From the NCBI GenBank assembly GCA_023213395.1, contig CM041465.1, forward strand, positions 120,845,741 through 120,909,740: DNA of 64,000 bases. The letters are read 5' to 3'. Source of the DNA: Cycas panzhihuaensis (Eukaryota; Plantae; Cycadophyta). This document shows, piece after piece, positions 52,090-64,000 of this stretch. How positions within the stretch are numbered: the first letter of the stretch is position 1; every line of letters begins with the position of its first letter. The position numbers and the translations under genes are program-made. Below the pieces are notes generated by a model that saw only the letters and a program-made list of their open reading frames with translations, made no database searches and was not told the origin of the DNA.

Positions 52090-55030
52090 AATACAACAAA
52101 TGGATATATACATATGAATATCATGAGGGAGTTGGAATCCTTGTAGGAGTGTACAATTATCCAAGGGCATTATGATTCATACTATCAACCCCTAGAGATC
52201 CAACTTGCCTCCACTTAAAAACCTCCACTATACAAGATTACATCATGGTGTATTGTCTCCCTCCTATGTAGGCCTCCTCTCATGTATCCCTATATTGACT
52301 CATAGGTTGTGCTTGGGACATTATGACAGCCCTACCTGTTGAGAATACAAGGTCCCAAACCCTAAATCGCCACAAGATCTGAACTATTTTGCAACTAGTT
52401 ACAGGAATCGAAACTTAAATTAAACATGCAATTTCTAAAATCAAATATAATACAATAACATGAATATGAAAGCCAAACATCATATATGAACCCAATATAA
52501 TGTGGTAAAACCCTAGTAGTGTGCTAGGAAAACATCCACATAGGAAAGGTATCGATCTTTATTGTTGTAGAATGGAGAAAAACTACATCTCAGTAGCAGA
52601 GTACTCTCAAGAACAACCAGCTATCACCCTCATCACAGTACATTACATTACATACAACATAATAAGAAAATCCCTAAATCGGGCTACATGAGAGGGACAT
52701 CTAAGGCATAAATCTCAATCGTAGAATCTAGGGTATTTGTATCGAATGACCCTAATTCTCTTTACAATTTAATATGGTTTATAGGGCTAATTTTTTAGGT
52801 TGGGGGCTATTGCCCCCGAATCCCCCAGCCAAGGGGGGCTCTCGCCCCCCATGGAACCCCTTGAGAAATATTAAGGGGGTAAACTGCACCACCAACATGC
52901 CAAAATTTTAACCTCAAACTATTGTTGTCATAATATCCAATATTACCTTACTCCTCTCATCCCTTTCCCATCACTTTAAAGTCATTATATATGTCTTGCT
53001 ATGACTTCTCATTGACCTAGCCATCATCCTGCCCATCAGGCAGTCATACCTCATCTATAGTTCCTTCTTCTTCTTCCTAACCTCCTCTAGATAAGCTCAC
53101 AGATCAATAATTTATGCCTATATTCTTGGTACTTCTTTTAGTGGAACCACGATGGCTAGTACCATTACACCCTCCCCTTACCCCTCTAACTCTCTAATCC
53201 TATCTTGTACCTCATGTCTCTTAGTTGTGCACATCTCTATTATCCTCATTATAGGGGAAAACACCATAATATGAGGACTTGTCGATGTTAGCTCCTCACT
53301 ATCCATAATAGGAGTTAGTCCCTTCACATACACCATGGGGACATGCTTGTTAATTATGCATCGTACAAAGTCAAGATTAAGATTCACACTTGCCATTAAA
53401 ACAAATGTAGTAATAAATGATTATCATATATAAGAAACCAATAAAAAATAAAGCATAAATCAAATAGGCAAGTGAGAGTTTTACCTCTATGAGGGACTCC
53501 TCCCTCTTCCTATGTGACTACCTCTCCCTTTATAATGATATCATGTGCCTCCTCTCCCTCAATAGCTACCTCCTTAGCTCTAGCCACCTCCTCACCCTCT
53601 CTTACTACCTCACCAACCATAGCTGGCTCCTCCTCTACATCCTCATCTCTCTCCTCATCACTACTCCATTGGACTCCCCTATACGAATGTCTCATATTAT
53701 TGTCTATTATCAATCAATCTAAGGATGTAGCATGCACTATATGAGAGACCTACTTTAGCTCTCTTAAGCTCCTAAATTAGGTCAACCATCTATGTACAAG
53801 TAGGTCCCCATCCTCCACTAATTACAGTCTCGTCCTTGACATAACTCCATGGAATTAATCAAAGAACCAACACTAGAGTAGGGTGTAGTATGAGAATCCT
53901 CCATGCCTTACTGCCTAAATTTGATCTAACTGAGCTTGTATGTTGGCCATCGTGAGGGTCACCCAATCCAATCTCTCCCCTCCCTCACATCATTAGACCA
54001 CCTCCATCCATCCTCTAGGAACCTCTTTATAGTTTTGTCTTTAGGGTATCTAACATAGAATATCATAGACTATTAACTTCCTCCATCAAGAAATCCTAAA
54101 ACCTAGAATATGCCTCAAAACTCCCTCTTCTCTAGTCCTACTAGCTCCTACCATAGAAAATTTTGGTTGTTGCTCTATGTGCATCGTTGGTACTTGATAA
54201 TGTACCTAGCTCTAGGTCAGTCCCCTTGCCTAAAGTCAAAGAATCCTCTAGACATCCCATGACATAATTATCACATCCTCGATAATTGGTAGATGAAATA
54301 CCTAGTGATGTTGATCCCAATAAGACATGATATCCACTAGTAAAGCTTGATTCAATGTATGTTGTTATGTCATGATTACTCTAAGCAGCCTACATCATCC
54401 TAGAATACCTTTATCTCACTCTGTCATCAACTGAGCAAGACTCAACATTTGAGCACTTATGTTTTTATGATTATCAATCATGGTAATAACCTACAAAATG
54501 ACACAAAACATAAGGAAAACTAGTCTAAGACAACCCTGGACTAGTCACATGTTACTTAGTTAATTTAGATGAGTCATTCAAAAATTGATTATGGATAAAA
54601 GTTTTAAAGTTTGGCTTTTCTATTTTATACCATAAAGCTTTTTGTAGTATCATGAGGGTTTTTAGGAGAATTCACATACTATGATATTTTGTAGTATATA
54701 GAAAAAAACAAAAAATGATAAAAAAAATCTAAATATTCAAGATCAAATCTAACTTGTTCAAATCAACTAGGGTATCAAATTGCCCTAGTCTGGCTATAAA
54801 CAAGGCTTTATTTGACCTCTATTTGGGTAAAATATAATAAATTAGGGCACAACCCTAATAAAAAAAAAATAAACTCAAAAAATAAAGTAAATTAACAACT
54901 TTTTCTCATTAGGTCAGGTATGATAGTTACCATGGTCAAATCTCAAATTCTGTATCTTTACCCACTCATGAATCTAATGGTCAATTTCCTCTCAATGATC
55001 TTTGAAAGATTGGGGGTAAATATGGTTAGG
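52090..55030 (-). pseudogene. Spliced antisense gene with an aminotransferase-like plant mobile domain (PMD) in the 3' region of the Tat-like element
   Basis: Minus strand 54450-53830 reads NQALLVDIMSYWDQHH*VFHLPIIEDVIIMSWDV*RIL*L*ARG and DWVTLTMANIQAQLD...GGFSYYTLL*CWFFD, matching PMD motifs. Donor at 54961, acceptor at 54491, donor at 53484. Acidic tail in ORFs 53510-53713 and 53178-53396. Outer ends approximate. Confidence 0.75.
52337..52897 (-). mobile_element. Solo LTR inserted in the PMD gene
   Basis: TGTTG...CAACA termini; flanks TACC/TGCC (degenerate TSD); U5-like GGGTTTTACCACA on minus strand. Confidence 0.7.
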
Positions 55031-55760
55031 TTTTCTTAATAAATTTCTTAACTTAAAAATGTAAAAATGAAAATGAAAATCAATTAAGAAAATTGAAATA
55101 TATATAAACAATTATAACATGGCTATTGGATGCCCATTTTGCCTCCCATTTGATCTGTTGGGACCTTGATTCCATAGACTCTATTTATATCTTCTTGGCA
55201 TAGCTATCTGTACCACTTAACCTTCCTATTTCTAGCCTAAGATTTGGCCTATAATATCATTAATGCATGTTGCTAATGGCTTTATTCATATTGAGATTAA
55301 GCCTTTCTTCATTCTAGGCAAATTATCCCTTTGCATGTCAGTGTTTATAGCCCACAGGATCATCTCATAACATTGACCTCCTATTTCATGCTCATGATAG
55401 CCTACCATGCATTAAGTATTATATGGCCCCCACTTTCTTTTGATATCCTACACTATGTCTTCCCTGTGAAATGATCATGCCACTTATATACAAGTGCCTA
55501 TAACTAGTTTCCTTATTGTTATGACCTCCACTTGGCCACACTATCAGTTTGCAGGTCCCTTATTACCACTAGCATGCCCTTTGATTGGCCTTTAAGCATC
55601 CCTAGCGACCCAACATTTGCATTCTCTACAAGACATTATGCTTATAGATTGCTTATTCATTCAACTTATGAATTCAACCTGTGACTTTGCTCATGTGTAC
55701 CTATTATCCCTATAGATTTATTACTTTTCGTGAGCTTATAGTACATTTTGTTTAGCATTT

Positions 55761-58757
<2,997 letters not shown>

Positions 58758-60617
58758 GAATGATTTATTAGAGGAGCATATTTAGCACCACTTACTTAAC
58801 ATTTGGGGTAGGTTGCGTGTCAATCTTATCCTCACCTACGACATGTAGTTTAGATCCAATTGTGTGGGTCATATTAGGACCTTCAGATCTAGTTGTTTGG
58901 ACCCACCATGGTCTTAATCATGATTGAAATCTATTTAGCATGGCTACAACTTGTTATGGATTTTAGAAGTGGTCATGATACTAACACATAGTCACTCATA
59001 AGGATTGAGTTTCTCCCATTATCTCAGTCAAAGTTTACACACCAACCTAAGTCCTCGTGACATCGGTTGATTCTCACCATCTTCGCTTATTTAGTGAGTT
59101 TATTTTGAGTTGCCTTTGCATATCCCCATGGCATTGATCATTTACATTAATGGGTGTAGCCATGGGAACCCTTGTCCTTCTACTGCAGCTTGGACCATTT
59201 GAGATCACTTAGGACACACACTAATTTACTCTAGAGTTTATCTATATATAGAAACCAATAATATAGTTGAGTACTCTACCATTATAGAAGCCTTGACTAA
59301 TGCTTTGTGTGTCCAGCATGGCACTATTGCATTATATTTTAAATCCTAACTTATTATATCCCAGCTTACATAGGTTTACCAGGTTTGTTGCCCACAATTA
59401 AGAACTCATGTTGATCATGTTAGGTCCCTTTCAACCCAATTCTCCTATATCTCTATTCATCATATCCCATAAGGTTTAAATATCGAGACCTATAGATTAG
59501 TTACCTTTATTCTTGAACATCAATTACCACAAATAGATTATTCTCCTCTAGCTCAACAGACCCTTTATTGAAAGTAATTACTTAAGAGGCAAGCCCTCCT
59601 ATTATCACCTTTGAGGGGCACTCAATAAAGAGGTTGAACTATGGTAATAACCACGAGCATTCCTTGCTTACCTTGAAAGCTTGGTCAAGTTGTCAGCTCC
59701 CCATATGCTTTAACGAGAGCCTAAACCACCACCCATACTCTGAAATGAGGGTAAAGTACTATGGATATTTATGTATACTTAGTCAATTCATGGCTTTTCT
59801 AAGGTGCATTACTCATTAATATCCACAACCTTGCTCTTACTACTATTTCATATCATTTCCCAACTCATTTAGTTCCTTTTCATGCATATTATCTAAGCAA
59901 AAATAAAAAAAATAATATAAAATCAAGAAAATCTAAAAAAAAATTATAAAATCACAAAAATACAAAAAAAATATCAAATAACTAAAAACATATAAATAAT
60001 ATAAAATAACAAGAATATTAAAAAAAAAAAAGGTTTAAAATCAGAAAACCAAAAATTTTGCTCTAACATGAGCCCAAATAACTCCTCCTCCTAAAGACAG
60101 CCATTAATGAGGTTAAACTATAGCATCCAACCTTTGACTTCTGAGTCTCTCCTTTGGGTATTTGAGGCATCACCCCAATTATCCAAGGTTTATGACTTTT
60201 GAGCCCAATTTAAGCTATGATGTCCATCTCTTATCGTTGGGGCAATGACCCAACCATCTTACATCAGTCTAAAAGATAACCACTAATAAGGATAAACTAT
60301 GGTGGGCCCCATTTATGCTTGCTTAGGTTCATTATAGCCATTGGCCTACTTTGATTGATTTAGTCACTAACCCATCATCCTTCCTAGCTAGTACACCTCC
60401 AACACAACTTACCAACGAGGTTAAACTAAGGGCAACACCCTATGATTATCTACTAATGATGCAAAACTATGTTAAACATAATCTCCCTTTTCACATATAT
60501 AAGTATATCATTGGACTCATTTCATTTGTGTTGACAACATTCATCATCTTCTGCCCATAGTTTGAAGAGGTCTTATTGTTAAGACGATAGTGTTTTCTGG
60601 CTTTTAAGAATGACATT

Positions 60618-62978
60618 AACATCATAACAAATAGGTAAGTATAAGTATTTACATATCTCTACATTTTTCATTCTTCTTCATGACATGTTATTACATGGTG
60701 GTTATATGTTTTCGCCTGCCTACTTATTGGTTTGGTGAGTTGTGTTATATATTTTCAATCGATGATGAGCACAACTTCAATCGTTAGCCATTAGTCTATC
60801 AATTAAGCTCCTTGAGTTGGAAATGGTTATCTTAGTATCTCTGCAAGGTTTGGTTATTCTATTTTTTTTAATTTTTGTTTATCTTATTTTCATCATTATC
60901 TCCTTCATGCTAACCTTATTTTCACTTAGACTTTAGCATTTATATGCCTTTGGATTAATTTCATATAAATTTCTCTATGTTCCCCTGATTTTTATCACAA
61001 TACCTTATTTTTTACTTACAATAGTCGTATAACAAAGTTTGTCATAGTACCACAAATGATTTTACAGTATGACTATCACCTACTTAGATTCGGTCTTAAA
61101 CATGACAGTTGGCTCATGAATTACTTATTGTCAGTCCTGAGGAAGCATTTGTCAACTCCAGATTATCACATGTCAGTCTTTAGTGGCCCAAGAGGCCAAG
61201 TCATACTAAAGACTCTCCATTCCATATGGATTTGAGGTAAATCCATGGGTGAAATGCATAGATTTGCTCTCCTTATTTCCCCCTATATTGTGAGATCAAA
61301 ACCACTCTTCTTAACCTCACCCTCATTTATTTATCCTCCCTTTTTTCATTTGAAGGGGAGGTTAAGTTGCTATATGATATTATTATCATTATGTTGTCAT
61401 ATTATCAAGAGAAATTAGTTACCTCTTAATCTATATTGACCTTACAACATCGTTGGAGTACTCTCAAGTAGAGAAAATTTAGCCATTGATATTATCTTTT
61501 CTTATTACGATAAGGTAATCCTCCTACAACTTCATTAGTAAGTTAGATTTTCCTTTACATTTGTGTTTATTTTTCTCATTTAAATAGGTTGAGTATTACT
61601 TGGCCTATCTTGCCTCTTGCTTGTTTTACTTCATCATTTTTGTCATTTATCCCATAGGATTAAAAGTACTTGCAGGGAAAATTGACATCTAAGTATTACT
61701 TGGATGCTTGTGATATTTAGGAGACATTAGATTCATATTTGAAGTTTACATTCTCTCCACCTACCAAGATTATATTGTGCATTGGTTGGGTGCTTTTTGA
61801 TGTTTTCTCAACATATATCTTTATCATATGGTGTCTTTTGGAGCTTACTAGCCATTATTCTTATAGGTGCAAGCACTTTACCATTATTACAGGTATCCAA
61901 AGACTATGGAGCTCTCTCATTATCAATCTATAATTGCTCTTTTCTTTATCACACTATCTCATTAAGGTAAAATCACAAGTTCACAACCAAAAGAGGCAAC
62001 CCTAACCTACTTTCATTGTGCTTATTTTTATATTTTCAAGTTTATTAAAAATAGTTTCCATCATAATACAATTTAGCAAATAGAAATGTTATTAAATTTC
62101 TCCTAGAAGTTTTATACATCAAAATCTTAGTTATTTGAGCACACTCAAGCATGTCATTTTCATATCAAAGGAAGGATAAAGCTTAAAGAGTCATGCTACA
62201 ACAAGTCTAGGTACCTCTTCTCTATTTATCTGTTTCTTTTAAGCAAAAAGAAAATAAACAACAAAGAAAAGGAGGAAAATACATTAGATTCACTCTTACC
62301 CTATTTTCCCTTCTTTTCATTCTAACAGAAAAAGGAAAAGAAAAAGGTTATTTTACTCTTGTTTTATTTTTCTTTTCCTTTTTTTCTTTAAACGAAAAAA
62401 AGGAAAAGAAAAGTAATTTATCTCTTTCTTTTATATTTATCTTACTTTCCCTACTTGTAAGAGGATAAAAGACAAAAAGAAGAAAAAAGAAAAAACCAAA
62501 ATCTTGAAAAGAGAAAGAAACATTTATTCATTTTCCTTGCACATTACAATGCATCATTTTCACCTCATCAAGAATTAGGAACATACAATGAAAACCTAAG
62601 TGAAGGAGAGGATCGCATAGTTACAACTCCTCAAATTTATGGGGCTATATTATGCCTGCTAGTTAGGGTGGTTTATTATTTGTATTAAATAAAAAAACTA
62701 TATAAATACATTAGGTGTATGATCCCCATTAGCTTTACATAGGTTAGTTTCCACCCTTATACCCATACTAGACATATACCCCTTAAATATATTGCCCTTG
62801 TTAAGCCATCCTCTAGCTATGTGAAGGCATAATCAAGCCTTACACTTGTGCTAAAGCAATGTATGAGCACCTTGAGTGGGGCATCAGTTCATGCCACACC
62901 CCTCTCAAGTACCTTCCCATACTTGAGGTCCTTTGTTATTAGGTTTTTTTTTGTGTTTTATCCCATTCCTGTATATTT
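60618..62978 (+). repeat. 2.4-kb direct repeat, copy 2
   Basis: Colinear with 40750-43128. Similarity stops at the TGTCACACC junction at 62982. Confidence 0.85.
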
Positions 62979-62981
62979 AGA

Positions 62982-64000
62982 TGTCACACCTTGAGTTGAC
63001 TTATATTAGGATATAGAGATTCTGCATTGCTAAATTATTCTCCTTACTAACTAATTCTCACACTCTCACATTTATTAGATTATTACTTTCTAATACAAGT
63101 TTTAATTATTGATCTATTTTTATGGCACTCTTCACTTGTACATATGAGAAATTGAATAAATCTTAGTCTTTATTTATATCTGCTTAAATGACTTGAGATC
63201 ACATTGATAGTGTTATATTAGTATAGGATTGTTTATACATTTATCACTCTTACATAATCTCTAAAAGATTAGTCTTAGACACTCATCTCTCTCTTTCTTA
63301 AGTTTTAAATTTTTTGAACAAGGTTTGAGAGTAGTTTACTAGAAGGAATTTCTTGTTGAGCTTCTTTACCATCTTACTCCAAGTTTGAATATTATCTTAT
63401 TTGCTTTTCACCCTCTTCTTATGCAAGGAATCCCACCATATCATTGCACAAAATTTTAATTTGGCACATATAAGTTTCATTTTATTCTCTTTTATTATTT
63501 TCTTCTATTCAAACAACTTCTTTATATTGTTTAACCAGTCAACCAACTCTTCAAAATTTAAACTACCTCCATACTCTAGGGCATTAAGCTTCACTCTACT
63601 ATTCTTTTCTTTTAAGCTCTCAACATTCTCTCCTTATAAAATGGTGGTTCTCATGGTCCCTCTTCCTCATGCTCCACACTAGCTTCAGGTTCTATTTTAA
63701 CATCACTATCATATCTTCTTAATGCTTTATCTGTAAATAAGATAATCTCCTTAGGTATAAGAAAGTGCTACTAGTGGCTTAATGTCTACACAATAACATA
63801 GAACTCTATACCATAGGTGCAATACTTCTTTCTCACCTCATTTAACTTTGAATTGTAATATATTACTGGCCTTCCTTCTTGACTTAACATGACCCTAATA
63901 ACTACATTTAAAGCATTGCAATTGACCTCAAATATCTTTCTAAAATCTAGTAGTGCCAACATAGGCACCTCTATAATCTTTTACTTCATCAACTTAAAGC
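62982..64000 (-). mobile_element. Gypsy (CRM-like) fragment: RNase H remnant and probable 3' LTR end
   Basis: ORF 63786-63968 PMLALLDFRKIFEVNCNAL...MLSQEGRPVIYYNSKLNEVRKKYCTYGIEFYVIV matches the Gypsy RNase H pattern (PVL.LPDF.K.FEV.CDAS...VL.QEG.P..F.S.KL). TGTCACACC terminus at 62982; its link to the RNase H is inferred. Confidence 0.7.

Overview
This is AT-rich eukaryotic DNA, almost certainly from a large-genome land plant (gymnosperm- or fern-like; the taxon cannot be fixed from sequence alone). It contains no intact host gene and is a stack of nested, decayed LTR retrotransposons. From 1 to 29.9 kb, an old minus-strand chromovirus-type Gypsy (G) contains a minus-strand Copia (D) and a second Gypsy (F). 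D in turn holds a non-autonomous Copia (C) and a full-length Copia (E, 5992-13476, TSD ATCCT). F holds a non-coding LTR element (A), whose LTR holds a non-autonomous Copia (B, 19745-25884, TSD GTGAT). The 30-40 kb region has very degraded retroelement remnants and possible kinase pseudo-exons. From 40.7 to 63 kb there is a Tat/Ogre-like Gypsy with decayed gag-pol, 3' tandem repeats, a spliced antisense plant-mobile-domain (PMD) gene and a 3-kb (TA)n array, flanked by a 2.4-kb direct repeat. The window ends in a CRM-like Gypsy RNase H. Most interesting: (i) three unrelated families each carry an antisense accessory ORF next to an array of short motifs, two of them in Copia 5' leaders head-to-head with gag; (ii) the B LTRs have grown by two 41-bp units that each contain a tRNA-iMet primer-binding site, while the sister copy C lacks them. 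All coordinates and translations were read by hand.
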